A stretch of DNA of 64,000 nt from Eledone cirrhosa (GCA_964016885.1 OZ024742.1:153636001-153700000); one strand, 5' to 3'. Counted from the stretch's first letter, positions 29,016 through 43,118 are shown. Made by a program: numbers and translations. The notes: generated from the letters alone by a model not told the origin.

Positions 29016-29750
29016 GAGAGTGAGAGAGTAAGAGGGAGAGAGTGAACAAAGACAGATAAATAGATTTTACGTTGTATGTTTTATGATTCGCTTGAAGCCT
29101 TGTGTGATATGAAAAATTAGTTATTTGAAGGAAGCCAACTTAATGCAAATAGCGCTACGAATATCGAAGTTGCAATCGCAGCCTGTTATATCCATGTTGA
29201 GACTATTCAAGTGATTCCCACTCATATCGTATGCATATGCAGCTTCGTTTCTCAGTCCCATAACATATAATTAAATAGCCATAAAATTTCCATCTGTGAC
29301 ACTTCGTTTCCACTTGTGCATCTAACAAGGTATAGTTTTACCCGAAATATTAGAAACTATTAAATATTTCTGTAACACCATTCAGAGTACTTTAATGTTC
29401 TCATTCTTGTCTTTCATAATATTGTTACTCCGGGATTTTTAGCTCTAGATTCATTATAGTTGCTTGTTAAAATTAGCACACCCATTTATATATTAATCCA
29501 TCCACAAATCACACATACGCTCGTGCGCAATTGTAGGCGGCAGTGCGATTGGAATAGAGCTATCAATATGGAAGAAAAATACCAGAGCGCATCTGAAACG
29601 TTAGCAGAAGTTAGGTCTAACGAAACTACTGTTATAACCAGCATATGACAAACTTTGTATATAGGTATTATGACATGTAGTGGGGTTTGTCAATTGTATT
29701 GACATGTTTTTAAATTATATTATTAAATAATAGTAAATAGGCTTTTAAAT

Positions 29751-29860
29751 AATTGTTTCTACTTTAGGCACAAGGCCAGCAGATACCCAGTGCATTACTG
29801 GTACTTTACTTTATCGACCCCGTAAGGATGAAAGGCAAAGTTTACCTCGGTGGGATGTAA
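29751..29860 (-). mobile_element. SINE 3' half
   Basis: Matches the core and tail of 22258-22449. Confidence 0.8.
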
Positions 29861-31569
29861 ATAATAGGTTTGACGTTTGTTTTTCTTTAAACTGTTCACT
29901 GCCATTTCTGATATACATCGCGTAAGTTTTGGTGTTATTGTTCTTTTATTTCTGCCCTAGATAGAGGTAGACGGATGGCGATCGTAATCTTTCCTTGATC
30001 CTTGGGGTGCGGAATGCGATAACAAAAATCATTGCAACGACTCGCCGTACTGACATCTCTCAGATCAGAAAACATATATGTAAATATGTCTATAAATCAT
30101 AAATACAACCGAAGGAGAGATGGACATTTCCATGGAATTCATAGAGTTACACTTGGCTGTTAAGGAATAGATATGGTTTAAATTCAAATTTCACGACAGT
30201 TGTTTTGGTAATGATGTGAAAGTTGGTCCGAATGGGAAGCGTTTGTTGTATTAATGGTTTACCTTTTTTAAGTTATATATGGTTTCATTATGGTGACCTA
30301 TCTGTCGAAGTTTATTTTAGATCCTTGCGTAAAATTAATAGTATGTAGTTCAATAACAAGTCATAATATGCCATTATAATCAATACCTAAATTCTTTGAA
30401 AATTAAGTCCCTTCTAATATACGTTTTCTTATTTTTTATGTATGTTGGGCAACTAAACTCTCTCCTTTTCTTTTAAAGTCATTAATGATTTCACAACTAA
30501 TTGATTGGCATAATTCCAGTTGATTGAAAATTTGCAGCGGACTATGGTAATAATTTGAAACTTTGATGTATTTTTTGTCTTTTTGTATAGAAGTATTTCC
30601 CTTGTCCATGCGGATATAAAAATATCTCACTGTCTGTGCCGAATCTTATTTCAATTAATGCTGAGTATTAACAGTTTTCTTCTGTTGAATAACAAGAAAG
30701 TTGCTGAGCACATTTCTACACTACTTAGATAAATATTTTATTGTTAGTTTTTTAACGACGTTTTTACTGTTGTTCTCTAGAATATATATAATTAAATAAA
30801 TATGGACTTAGTCTAATATCAACACATATTTATATATTTAATAGATACAGTCCTTTAAACTATGTTTAGACGAGAATGTTTAGAATGAAGAACAATAAAA
30901 TCAGCTTAGAGACCACAGGAAATGGCGGCTGTCTGTCATGTAATTTAAATAAATCTGTGTAACAGAGCAGTGTGGGGAAATCGCTCTTCTGATAGCTTAC
31001 AAAAAAGAATGTCATAATTTCAAATATGAAGAGATGCGTTGGCCAAATGGAATATTCGTTTTGTCGGAGGGTGCAGGTGTTCTTAATATATATATTCTCC
31101 ATATAGTCATTCATTATATTCTCTCATTGTCTCCCGTTATACATCTACCGTAGTCTGTAGCGGTTATCATTAACCCATGTGATATTTTCGATAAATATAT
31201 TAATTCTATATCCATTTAAATATATACGCTAACTGTATTGTTCTTGAAATGCCTCCAATACCTAAAATTATTAGAGTATTTTGATAACTAGAATATATTG
31301 CGCTATGTGTGATAGCTGACCCAATAATCATAGAATATTTTATAGGGACACTACATAGATGCCAGCACAGAATAGCTACTGAATATCTAAACAGGGGCTA
31401 TCTAGTATATAGAATATTTTATGAATACTGATTATTCACACATCATACTGAAGCACCAACATGGCAACACTAAGTGAAATGTCTCAACTACAAAACATGT
31501 CTATTTTGATTTTGTTTCTATACACTAGCGTGTTGTTCAAGCGCATATTCTGTGCTCGGCATTCACTAT

Positions 31570-31730
31570 AAACATGAGGAGATAGGTCATCGTTTTATTG
31601 GCGTCAGAATTTCAACACTACATAACACAAAGCATAATCCTAATTTCACACTGGTGCAATGACAATCTACCGTTGAAGATTAAATGAAAAGACAAAGGTA
31701 TGAGAAAAATTCACTTTCTTGGAGAATAAC
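31570..31730 (+). mobile_element. Ancient CR1/Rex1-like RT remnant
   Basis: ..ISHWCNDNLPLKIK*KDKG resembles WCxxNxLxLNxxKTKE. Confidence 0.4.
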
Positions 31731-33789
31731 CTACTAGATATCGCGCAGAAAGTACAGAAACGCATAGATGTTTGATGATGCTTCTTATTGATTTAAACAA
31801 AAATGATAATATTTAATCTTTACTGATTTTCTATCATTTGTAACACATTTATTCTTTGAAGAACCAACTCTTAATCCCTCTAATCTCTGCTGATATATCA
31901 TTTTTCTATTGCTGAAATAATGAATCACCACAATTTTACTTAACATTTTCAGTCCCAGTTTCAGAAGAAAATATGATTTACGAAAGTATGTGTAAATGCA
32001 CACGGGAAAATAAATTTCTTCTTTCATATAAGCCCACATAACCGCAATGCAAACTGTAGTATCTTTAAAAATATTTAAAGTCAAGGGACCTGAATCTGAG
32101 TAACAGAAATATAGCTATGGTAGCCTGCTTTCGGCATGTAACTTGTATTGCTATATATTTGATATATATTAAAATCAGATGCAAATATTTTGCAGTTCAT
32201 AAACGTTCCAAGTTCAGGAGTTTAATGTATGCATGCTTCGATAATGCCACTGAATTGGTGAACGTTAATTGCAGAAGATGATTCCGTGTCATTACAAATT
32301 ATTCATAGCCAATGTGGAGATGTATGTCCGGTGACATTACTTTAACCAAAAATGCTCGGTTGATATTAAGATTAATGTTCATTCCTTTGTGTTTCGTTTT
32401 CATCTCATGTAATAAAATCACTCTAATCGCTACTGGTTTCATCTCTATATTAACAGCTTAATCTAACCAAGAACCGCCATGAATTATTAGATTGTAATCT
32501 TAGATTCAGTGCATTATGATATGATTAAATAAAGGTTTATTCCAAAATAATAAAACCACTTTTAAAACTCCACAAATATTTTTGCTCCATATCTGGGAAG
32601 AAATGGTCCACTCGTTTCTCTTTGGCGTATTGTAAGGTGTAGGTTAAATCTATTTTTCTACTCTCTCTAATAGATCAAGCGATTACTGCAGACAAACATA
32701 GATATCCTCAAATGCTGCCACGTCGTAGGGAATTGTTTCTATGTGCATTCATTTTTAAGAATATGTGAATGTGACCATTTATGTGTCTGTTTCTATTGCA
32801 ATCATTTTCATAGAAAGTTCTAAGATATTGTTATTTGCAATGCAATGTGAGGGGCCGCTGATGATACTGGCGATAGAGCTGTTCCTGCTGATATATTTTA
32901 TGTGGAAGTCCACATTCGTACCGTTAATCATTTACAAATATTGCGTTAAATGTAATCTAATGTTTAAAGTATCACATTGGTGTGTGCATAGATAAACCAT
33001 TTAGAGTTATTCATAGCAGTAAAATAATGTTTCTATCTACATGACTAACTGGAGAGACTCATATGTGACTACTGACTACATGTACAGAGAATGCATTCTG
33101 ACGTCGGCGATATTTGAAACATAGGGATAAAAAGAATTATATTACAATGCATTAAATAAATGTCATGATATTTAACATTACAATGAATTTGACAAATGAG
33201 ATCAGAAACCAAAACAAGGATTACAAATATGCGTATAACTTGTAAATATGAAACAATACAAAACATATCATAGACAAGTAAGGAGACCAATGTCTCCATT
33301 CCGCCGATTAACGTTGAAATATTGCAAAATTACTTTACTAATATGAATGCAAACATGAATAATATTGAGGTAAATGAAAGCAAAACATCAACCCAATAAC
33401 ATAATAAAGTGTATACATGTGTTGCATTATAAGAGAACGTATGCAGAATCTAACCTGCCCTGGCTAGGTCTCGGGTGTTATAATTCACCAGCATTAAGTA
33501 AGCAGTATACAATAAACATTTCCCTATACATCAAACTAGTAATCAACTTAAATAATTCTAATAATTCCAATCCTCCCGAAAATCAGACGAGAGTGACTGG
33601 GAATAAAGCATGTAGACAGTCGAGGTTGATGGATATATTGCACCTCATTTTCACACACCTGGTGCTTCATTGACCACAAATTCTTCACCACCCCAAAACT
33701 CCTCAACCCGCTGAGAGGTAAGTCATGTCACCCTCTCGAATATTGCCTTGGCAAACACGATACCACCATTCTGTGCTGAACTCATCTGC

Positions 33790-34200
33790 AATGGTAGTTT
33801 TGACAGCATGTCTCAATTCGGTGCCCACATCATAAACCGGAACACTTTTTGATAAGTGCATTCGCATCGAAGTGGCTCAGCGCTTTGGCCTTAGTGTGCG
33901 CTCAACACAAATGACTATGTGGAGCTATTGTTGAATTGTTCGGTCTGTACACTCTATCATGCGGCCATAGCGCGGAAAGCTTCACCGACATCCCGGTCTG
34001 AAAGACTTCCTCAAAAATAAAGTCACCGCAGCCGGCTTCCTGTCATAGCTGGAGCCAACTAGCATCGATCATGTTGATGGTAAGTGCGCCGAAAAAATAA
34101 CCCGCTTCCCCTTTGAGGAAGATGAATCTCTATACTGGGACGCGACGCATTGTGACACGTTCTCCGCCACCAAACCTGTTACTTCGGCCGCAACACAAAG
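33790..34200 (+). mobile_element. CRE-like non-LTR C-terminus (zinc knuckle + RLE) remnant
   Basis: LNSVPTS.TGTL..IRIEVAQRFG...CGAIVELFGLYTLSCG...HPGLKD...LEP..IDHVDGK...FPFEEDESLYWDATHCDTF across frameshifts. Confidence 0.65.
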
Positions 34201-34718
34201 TTGCAGCGGGTTTCACTGGTCATTCTCCTGGCATTATTTTTGCCAATTTCTTCGCGTGGCACAGTTGAAACAATGTGCTAAATGGGGTTTAGTGTATGTT
34301 TCTCCTTCCCCTTCCCAATTTTTATTTACTTAATTCTCTTTTCTTACTATTTTTCTTATTTATCTTTATTTTTGCTAGATTACTTATTCCCCTGTACATA
34401 GCCCTTTACTACTGTTATAAAAATAAACAAAATATATCAAATATCGGTCATATGCTGTTCTCCAGTGATGTAAACATTTATAACATTTGACTTTGCTAAT
34501 AAATCTAGTCCAACTAGCTAAAACACTTGTTTCAGACTAGCTCATATGTACTCATTCTGGCAAAGTGTAACACGTAATTAGTAATGATATATTATTAAGA
34601 TATTTACAATGAATTATTTGTAATATAATAGACAGACAACACACAAAAAATAGTCACACAGAGCAACACATGCACCCCCACCCCCTATTAATATATATAT
34701 ATGCATATGTATATACAG

Positions 34719-34880
34719 GGTTTTCTGCAACATGGAAAAAAGATTAAAACAGAAACAGGAATCTTTTCTGCAATTATTAGAAGCAAAAAGTGAAATGGCG
34801 TCCATTATGTGCGACAAAGATAAGATAGACTCCGATCCATGGTTACGAATAATATATATTTACATATTACCAGCATGTAG
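34719..34880 (+). CDS. Candidate host internal exon (162 nt, phase 2-2), product unknown
   Basis: cag| ... AG|gtaagt consensus donor; open frame VFCNMEKRLKQKQESFLQLLEAKSEMASIMCDKDKIDSDPWLRIIYIYILPAC; length divisible by 3; weak polypyrimidine tract. Confidence 0.4.
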
Positions 34881-35303
34881 GTAAGTGTAAGCGTGCAACT
34901 ATGCCAGTGTGCAATTAAGAAAGCCTATTATGGAATACATGAGCATAATTAACTTGCATTACAAACTGTTCAACAGTTTCAGAAGAAACCCTTTAAAGAA
35001 AATATAAGAATATGACATTTCTAAGAAACGATTCTGTGAAAAATGTTGATTGCTTAAGCAATTGTGTTGACAACAGATTCACTCAAATTCACTTGATTCT
35101 CTTGTAAGAATGATTTAATTCAACAGAGTAGTCACAAAATATATATCACCCGCCACACAAGCTAGGTTATATGGCCATTGAATATTATATATTGATAAGA
35201 ATAATCATTAGTTTAGATCATTAAAATGAATAATTCATTTTGTAAAAGAATGTATCTCTTTACATTGGAAACATAATCTATACAATTATTAATTATAGAA
35301 GTA

Positions 35304-35490
35304 GGCGGTGAATTGGAAGTATGGTAGAGGGTTGGACGCCGTGCTTTCTAGCACAGTTACGTCCCTTTATAGTATGAGTTCAAATTCCGCCGAGGTTAAC
35401 TTTGCCTTTTATCTGTACGGGGTCGATAAAATAAAGTACCAGTAATGTACTAGCTAATTGCTGGGCTTGTGCCTAAAGTAGAAACAATTA
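35304..35490 (+). mobile_element. tRNA-derived SINE with degenerate ~20-bp TSD
   Basis: Family match; flanks acaattattaattatagaagta / acaattattacttatagaaata. Confidence 0.88.
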
Positions 35491-36180
35491 TTACTTATAG
35501 AAATAATTCAATACGTATGTTACAAAATATATATGTTAAAATATAATGTTAATTCTTTTTTTATATACACTTCATTATACTTTATATTTTCACATGTTTC
35601 ATCAACAAGGGAGAGTATTATCGATTTCTATTCACTAAGTTATAAAGGAACAAATGACAATTTCTGCCAAATGAAAGTGGGCCGTATTGTGAAATATTTT
35701 TTTCTCAGCAAATTTGTATTTGTTGTCCAACGTGGTTTGCAATTAGCTCATATATAATTATGATCGTGGATCGGATAACAAGGACCTTATTAAATGCACC
35801 AATTAAAACATTCTAAACACAATATGTGATTATGTATAGAGAATAATATAAGAATCTTTGAAACGAGAGCATTGATGCGGCAATGCGAGATCCACACTTT
35901 ACAAATGATTACTTCAGAACATGTTAAACCACTGCTTGTACAATGAAAAGTACTATTTAAGTAGAGAACGTCTCTCTGCTGAAATAAACATTTCGTTACG
36001 AATATGTGATGTTACATTAGTGATTAATAAGAAACTATTCTTGCGTTCATCTCTCTGGGAAATCATTATATTCATTTTAAAACCTCATTCTAACTTTCAA
36101 GTTGCAAAGCCTCACTTAGAAATAAAGCGTCCTGTAATTACGGTGTTAATGCCCCCCCCCCCCCCCACACACACACACAG

Positions 36181-36284
36181 ACTTTGGGAGGGTCATGTTG
36201 CCAATAAAATCATATGTACCTTTTGGTTTTCACATCAATTCATTATAAATTTCCGTTTGGTTGGTTGTATGACCCTCCCAAAGT
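36181..36284. mobile_element. Miniature fold-back derivative of the 2169-2919 family
   Basis: 16-bp inverted ends actttgggagggtcat/atgaccctcccaaagt; interior similar to 2179-2295. Confidence 0.7.
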
Positions 36285-36659
36285 TTAACAATACATATAT
36301 GTGTGTGTATGTGTGTGTGTGTTATTTTAATATATATATATATATATATATTAAAATAACACACACACACACACATACACACACATATAGAAATTTGAAT
36401 TTCTACAAATCCATCGTCTTCATGACACAATAGAGTGAATAAAAGAAAATAATACTGTTAGAATGCTGTACACTCTTGAATGGTGTCTGCAAACATAATC
36501 TAATACGTCTAATCTAATAGTGACTATCATATTTACAAGGCACATCCAATCGCCAGTAGTATAATTGGTATCATTTCACAGTCCTGAAATAGATTTCAAT
36601 AGATTTCACCATATATATATATATATACGATTTAACAGAACATATATTCATCGATTTAT

Positions 36660-37452
36660 GGGACTTGGCTCCTTCTTCCTCACTTTTCGTTGCATTACCA
36701 TCTTTGATTGTTTACAGTCTCGCTCGTTCCCCCAACCGGAGGTACATGGGCTTTAAAGCGATGAAATACCAATGAAGGTTGGAAGATCACTGATGAAGGA
36801 CTAAATGTATTCATATGTAAGCCATTTGCAACCACGCACACGTCTTGTTTTCATATTCACACATATATATTTACCTCCGCTGTGACCCGTCTTTTTCATT
36901 ACTACTGCTTCCTCTTTCTCTGTATCTCTCACTTCCCTTTACCCCCTCTAACAGTAACTCTCTCAGTTAGCCTCTTCCTCACCTTTCACTCACTCACTCT
37001 CTGCTACTCCCTCCTACTCCCTCCCGTTTGACCTGTGCGAAATTCTTTCCTCACGCACACTTTGACCAGGTTGGTTGTTCCTTTCTTTTCTCGCTCGTCT
37101 ACGATTTCACAGAAATTATGTTCACCGAATCCAGGGACTCGACTCCTTCTTCCTCCCGTTTGACCTGTGCGAAATTCTTTCCTTGCTCACATTTCGAGTA
37201 GGTTTGATGGTCTTTATTCTGTCTCGTCCATGATTTCACATAACTTATATTCATCGGTTTCTGGGACTTGACACCTTCTTCCTCACTTTTCGTTGCATTA
37301 CCATCTTTGATTGTTCACAACTCGCTCGTTCCCCTTATTTACGTGTCCCAACTACTTTCTTTAGCCGTTGCTCGCACCAACCGGAGGTATATGGTCTTAA
37401 AGCGATTAAATACCAATGAAGGTTGGAAGATCACTAATGAAGGACTAAATTT
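36660..37452 (+). repeat. Partial tandem of the pLTR-like repeat (family of 11817-12390)
   Basis: 36660-36810 duplicates 37262-37452 with an internal deletion. Confidence 0.8.
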
Positions 37453-37455
37453 ATT

Positions 37456-37487
<32 letters not shown>

Positions 37488-37806
37488 AAAATAACAGTTT
37501 CAGAAGATCTTTGCTCAAAATGTAATAAATATTTGCACTAGGGTTCTTATATATTTGATATATATTTATCCTTATCGAGCCCTGTTTGGATTCACATTTA
37601 TTATTATTACTATATATATATACTAGCAGAAGTGCCCGGCATTGCTCAGAGTATAATTGCTTTAAAGTGCTTTTAATGATTCCTCTCAATTATGAATATT
37701 GAGGCATTGAAAGTAAATACGGATAAGTTTGAAAATATACAGCAATAGCATCTACTACTCACTATATTTCAGACCGGCAAGACTGCAGTGGTGCTGAATA
37801 GAGGAG

Positions 37807-40800
37807 TCACAACACCTCTATGTAGACGACATTTTTTGTTCCGCTTTTGGGCGCAAGTATGAATAAGTTCTGCTTGCATCCCACTCTTGAACATGCGACG
37901 TATAATTGGCCGTATGAGAAGCACGGCTGGGCTAAATGGATGCCTGCCTTTGATAGCGTTTGGCCTTGGGACTTGTTGATTGACATCGCGAAGCAATGTT
38001 TAACGAGGAATTGAAGTCGGCGCAGAGTACAGGGGCGTACCTGATGGAGTTAATGGTATTCTGGGTATGCAGACATTTTCTCCAGCGCCGCAGCCCGTGA
38101 GAATTGTGGCTTCAATTACATGCGGCAGGAGGTTCCTTACCACTAAACATGTTCCGTTGCAGAGACGTGACGGTTCCAGATTCCTCAACAGCATCACTGG
38201 AGTCCAACTTTTACGCGCAGTTCATGAGATGGCAGTCCAGAAATGTCCAAATAATTGAGGAATTCTGTTGGAAAATCGGCAACCTCATCTTTGTCCACCA
38301 CTTTGTCCACATATTTGTAGGTATGGAGGTTTCCCGGAATGCGTTGCAGAAGGTCTTCATGGATTTTCGCAACTGAGACATTTTTGGGAGGCAATATGGC
38401 TCTATCACGCAGCCAACTCGTGTTTTTGTAGTTGATGGCCATATCGGGAAAGACTGAGGCCGTGAGGTCGTCAACAGTGTCGACAACGGTGCCTACTTGC
38501 GAGACTGCCATTTCTCCAGCTGCATCTGAAGGTCCAGTGCCGTCACCAACTGTTAAGAGGTCCTTTGAGAAGTGGGCTGCTGAGTGGTCGCCGAGCAGTT
38601 GGGCTCTCATGTCTGTTGTGAGGGTCAGGATTGTCACTTCCTGCCACAGGGGAGATTATTTAATGCAAGCTCCCACAGTGTCGGCCCTGGTGGCTTTTGG
38701 AACAACTAGAAGAGTTTGACGAAAATCGCCAGATAGCAGTAGAGGTACTCCTCCCATCGGCCGGTTGCATTCCCTGATGTCTTGTAGGGTCCTGTCTAAC
38801 GCCTCAAGGGACCCTTTATGGGCCCATGTGCATTCGTCCCACACAATTAGGTGGCATCTTTTCAAGACTTCAGTTTTGTCAGAGTCCTTGGTGATGTTCC
38901 AGGTTATTGTGTCGTCTGAAGTCGTCTTGAATGGCAGTTTAAATGCGGAATGAGCTGTCCTACCTCCGGGCAGCAGAGTTGCGGCAATGCCAGAAGAAGC
39001 CACAGCCAGGGCGAATCCTTTCTGCTGTCGAACTTTGGCGAGGTGGAGTTTATTGACGAATGTTTTACCAGTTACTCCTGGGGCGTCCAAAAAGAAGATA
39101 CCTCCTCTGCGTTGACGAATGGAAGTGCAAACTGTGTCATACGCCTGCCGTTGGTCCTGCAACAATTTCGGCTCGTTTTCGTTGATGAACAGTTCGGGGG
39201 CGTGGACGTCGTAGGCAGTTTCCTGAATTATGCCCGTCGGAAGTTTGTCGGAGCCCGTTCGCTGAACTTTTGGCAGTCCATAGAATGGAAAGTCATTTCA
39301 GCCCGCAGTTAGGATTTTGCCCTCGCTTTCAATGAGAGCTTTGTTGAAGAATTCGTCGCTGAGTCGTACGTCGGAATGCGGGAGTAGCAGTTGTCCTTGG
39401 TGTATGCAGTCATCGGAAAGGTCCTCTTTGTATTTATCCCATAAGGATGCAGGGTTGCTTAACTCGCATGTCTGCAGTAGCACCGCAAAGAGTTGCCGAA
39501 GAGTTTGCGCTGAGCGAATTGTAGCTGCCTCCGCCAATGTCACATCCCACTGAGCGCCATCTTCCAGTAGACCCCGTCTAAGGCAGGCTGCGTGGAATGA
39601 AATACAAAGCTCTCCGTTGATTGTTTTCAGATCGTCGAAAGATGTCGGTCCTACTACGTCATGCAGTAGAATGCAGAGATAAAAGCATTCCTGTTGGTTA
39701 GGATGAATGGTGTACATTCTCCCAAGAGTAGGGGACATTTTAATGTCTGGATGTGCCTCGACGGGTTGTCCTTTCACCATTCTTAACCAAATTATGTTGT
39801 CTGTGTTCCATGTGCAGTATGATGGCACCTGAGAGTAGAAGATGGTCTTGGCGAAGGGATCGTTTCGGCATAACTTACAAAATGCACCTAACAGATCCAA
39901 ATGCACCTAACAGGTCCAAAGGCCTTACCTGATTTTAGTAGTTCAATAAGTTTTGTCAACTTCAAGTGAAAGACTCGTGCCGTGAGCTCGTGTCTGTCTG
40001 ACGCCCTTTGTCCGGGGAATAAATCCGCGGTAATTTCATTCCACGTAGAGTTACATGGTGAAGTGATGAAGAGATCCGGTCTGCCGTAGAGACGCACGTA
40101 CGTCATAGCATCCTGTGTGCGTTCACTCGTGTATCGGGGACTCCCAATGAAGGTCGACGGAAGGATACAATGTTTCCGTAGGTTCTCGGGATCGACGTAA
40201 TTCCTTACTCCATCCCGTAAGTGAATATAGCTATCCGAACGAAGGCGTGCCTGATTGTTCCTTATGTAGCACAGCTTTTCAGATTCCATCTTTGCGCACG
40301 CGTCTACAGCAAGCTGGTTCAAGAGCACTCTTGCACGGTGGAGTTGGTTAAAGCAGCATTGGCGGACCATGAATCGGTAGGTGTAGAATTGCATAGAGGA
40401 AACAGTGTTGTTGCTGTTGCACAAAGGAATTCCAAAGTGGTATCCGCCTTCACCGAATGGGAAAAGTAAGGGATATTGGAATGCGTCGTAGGAGCTATGC
40501 GTCTCGCTGATCCGTTGCAGACTATTGTCCCTACACTGAAGTATGATGTCCCGCTTGTTGTACTGTACTCCATGAAGAAGCACAGCTATTTCATTGCACG
40601 TGGGAGTGTTAAAACGTCTGGCGTGGGTGCCTGGTGGTTTCCTGTCAGCGTCGATTATAACAGCAAAATTTGGCAACGGAGCAGCCTCCAATGCGCATAT
40701 AAAACTGCGAATGTAGTTGTTGTTTTCGTGCAGCATTCTATGGAGTTGCAACAGAATGTTAATGTCTGTGCCAGGCGAAATTGAAGCGCGTCGTTCCGCT

Positions 40801-41736
40801 TGGTCGAAATAGCCAGTGACAAATATAGCTCTAGGAACTGGGGCTGTCCGTCTGTCGTGGGCAGTAGCTAACCGATTCTGTGGTAAATTTGTCCTTGAAC
40901 TTTAAAGATAGGCATGAAGCCGTCCTCGCGTATGATGTTAGCTCCGAAAGAGGTCATTTGGAAGACAGCGTTATATCTCCTGGAACATCTAAGAAAGTGT
41001 TCCGACTCCGCTGTGGCACCGGTCAGTAGAGACTTCAAAGGTTGTGGTGGTTCCTGTAGAGGAGGCAGTTTAACTTTGCCGTCAGAGCAGCACATGCCTG
41101 AAGTCTCCTCGGGCCATTTTTTGCCCGACAATATTGGCAAGTGAGAGACATGGATCCAATCTGAACTTCTGGCATCAGTGCGTAGTTTACTGTTGGGTCA
41201 TAGTGGAAAGCCTTATGAGACCACTGAGTGCAACTGATCCTATGCGTACCTCGTTTAGCACTCCTGCGGAGTGCGTTGGCGTTTAACCTTTGTAATTGAA
41301 TTTGCGCAGTCTCTGATGCGCGAACGAAATCTGTTGAAGCGGCGTCCGTACGTTGACGTCTGGAAGGCTAGCCCTCGTCCTCGGCAGCACGTGACGCAGC
41401 AGTTGAGGCGGCATCTTTTCATCGTCGACTGTAACGGTGTTCTTCGGTCTCACCGTCACGTGCCGCAGCGGTGGAGGCCGCATTTTTGCTTCGTCGTCGA
41501 GAATGTTGTTCATCAGTTTGCGCTGCACGTCCAACTGCAGTTACAAATGCATTTCCGGAAAGGCGGATGCTCCTCTTTTTTTCTGTCTCGGTTGCTCGGG
41601 TAATTGCATTTCGAGTTGCATTTTGTGACAACCGAGTCAATTTTTTTACTGACAACTCTGTAGCTCTTCTTCGTTTGGCAGCAGAAGCAGCTTTAGTTTG
41701 GCGACTTAGTCGTCGTCTTTTTTTGGGTGGCATCAC
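37807..41736 (-). pseudogene. Helitron RepHel (zinc finger, N-terminal region, PIF1-like helicase), frameshifted
   Basis: MCCSDGKVKLP..FQMTSFGA..VQGQIYHRIG; SYDAFQYPLLF..LPSTFIGSPRY..YGRPDLFIT; DAPGVTGKT, ASSGIAATLL, IVWDE, GDFRQTL, NGT, FAMSINKSQGQTL, GQLYVACSRV, NVVY. Confidence 0.95.
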
Positions 41737-42382
41737 CGTAGATTCAAAGAATGTGTTTCGTAGCGAAAATGTTCAAATGAACTTTGAATTAGTTTAAAGT
41801 GAGTACTATATCGTAGCAGGACCGAACACGTAAATATTTATGCAGGTAATGGAGCATGAAATGGGGAGCAGCCAAAAGTTTCAATTGAACGGTGAGTAAG
41901 TGGAAAGTGACTACTAAGTAAGATCTATGAAGAATGCACGTCAAATAATAGGTCAAACCTCTAAGACAAGCCTGCCTGAGTTATAGCGCAAAAGAGCGTA
42001 AACAGGGGCGTTATTTTGGAGCACACTGGAAAATAAATCATCGAAATCGGACGTTCGTTAAAAAAGTTTTCTCATTAATTTTTTGTCTCATATTGAGAAA
42101 AACAAAGGAAGAAAAATTACAAAAAGGACAACAATAACATATGTCTTTGTTGAGATTCAAGTAAATGAACGCTTAAGCGTCGTTATTGTTACGTTTGTTG
42201 TTTTATAAATTCATCTGTTGCTTTTGAGTATTTGTTATTTGATGTAAAATGTAACGTTGAGAGAGCAGTATGTATTTAGTGTTATCGGCTTTTTAAATTT
42301 TGATATTTGATGTAAGACGAACGAAGAGGGTGAATGATCTATTATAGAGAGAGAACATTTGTCGTTGTTCTAAACTGTAATG

Positions 42383-42578
42383 GAGACGGAGGCAGTAGCC
42401 TTTTAAAGAGAGTTGTAGAGGAGATTTAGGGTAGTGAGAGGAATGAAGCGTGTAAGAGAGAGGGTTATCAAAGTTTGTGTCGCGTTACTTCAGAGACGGA
42501 GGCAGTAACCTTTTAAAGAGAGTTGCGTGGGAGATTGAGGGTAGAGAGAGGAATGAAGCGTGTAAAAGAGAGGGTTAC
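42383..42578. repeat. Two-copy ~110-bp tandem repeat in Helitron 5' region
   Basis: gagacggaggcagta.ccttttaaagagagttg...gaatgaagcgtgtaa.agagagggtta twice. Confidence 0.85.
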
Positions 42579-43118
42579 AGCATGTATTTAGTTTTATCGA
42601 TTCTTTTCCATAGAAGCAGGATATTTTTGGCAAAAGTAATTACGCGTTGACCTGCGTTGGTAAATTTAGAGCACATTGGAAAAAGAAAATCCAAATCGGT
42701 AGAGAAATGTGGAAGTGCATAAAAATCATACACACACACAGACAGACATCTACCGTTTTATATATATATATATATATATATTTCAGTTCATATTGATTTT
42801 ATACTTCTGGTATCTCTAATTAATACCATTGAACAACAACTGTATTAGAGACACTTTATATATTTCCGTGTGTACTTAATACCTGTGGAGATATAAATCT
42901 CATTTTATGTATATTCTCCCATGTGTAGAGAAAAAAAGTTGTACCTAGCTGCTATTTTTAGTAGTGTGGCATACAACAAGTCTATAATATCCCCGCTTAC
43001 ACTAGACATCCAGTTCACGTGTGGGTCAATTTTTAATGGCCCACTCGATCTTTAACTATGTGGCAGTTGGCGGTGTATTTGCTTGCTATCGGATTTTAAA
43101 TCCTATGTAATGTAAATA

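Larger units (their letters stand above)
37623..42765 (-). mobile_element. Helitron
   Basis: Minus-strand 3' end ..ctgagcaatgccgggcacttctgCTAG|t (decayed hairpin). 5' end has aaatcgg..acagacagac..ttttata running into (TA)n, so the TC terminus is not resolved. RepHel remnants inside. Confidence 0.93.

Noticed and set aside
31529-31697. Host exon (tag| ... AG|gtatga)
   Set aside because: Stops in all three frames; better explained as a LINE RT remnant.
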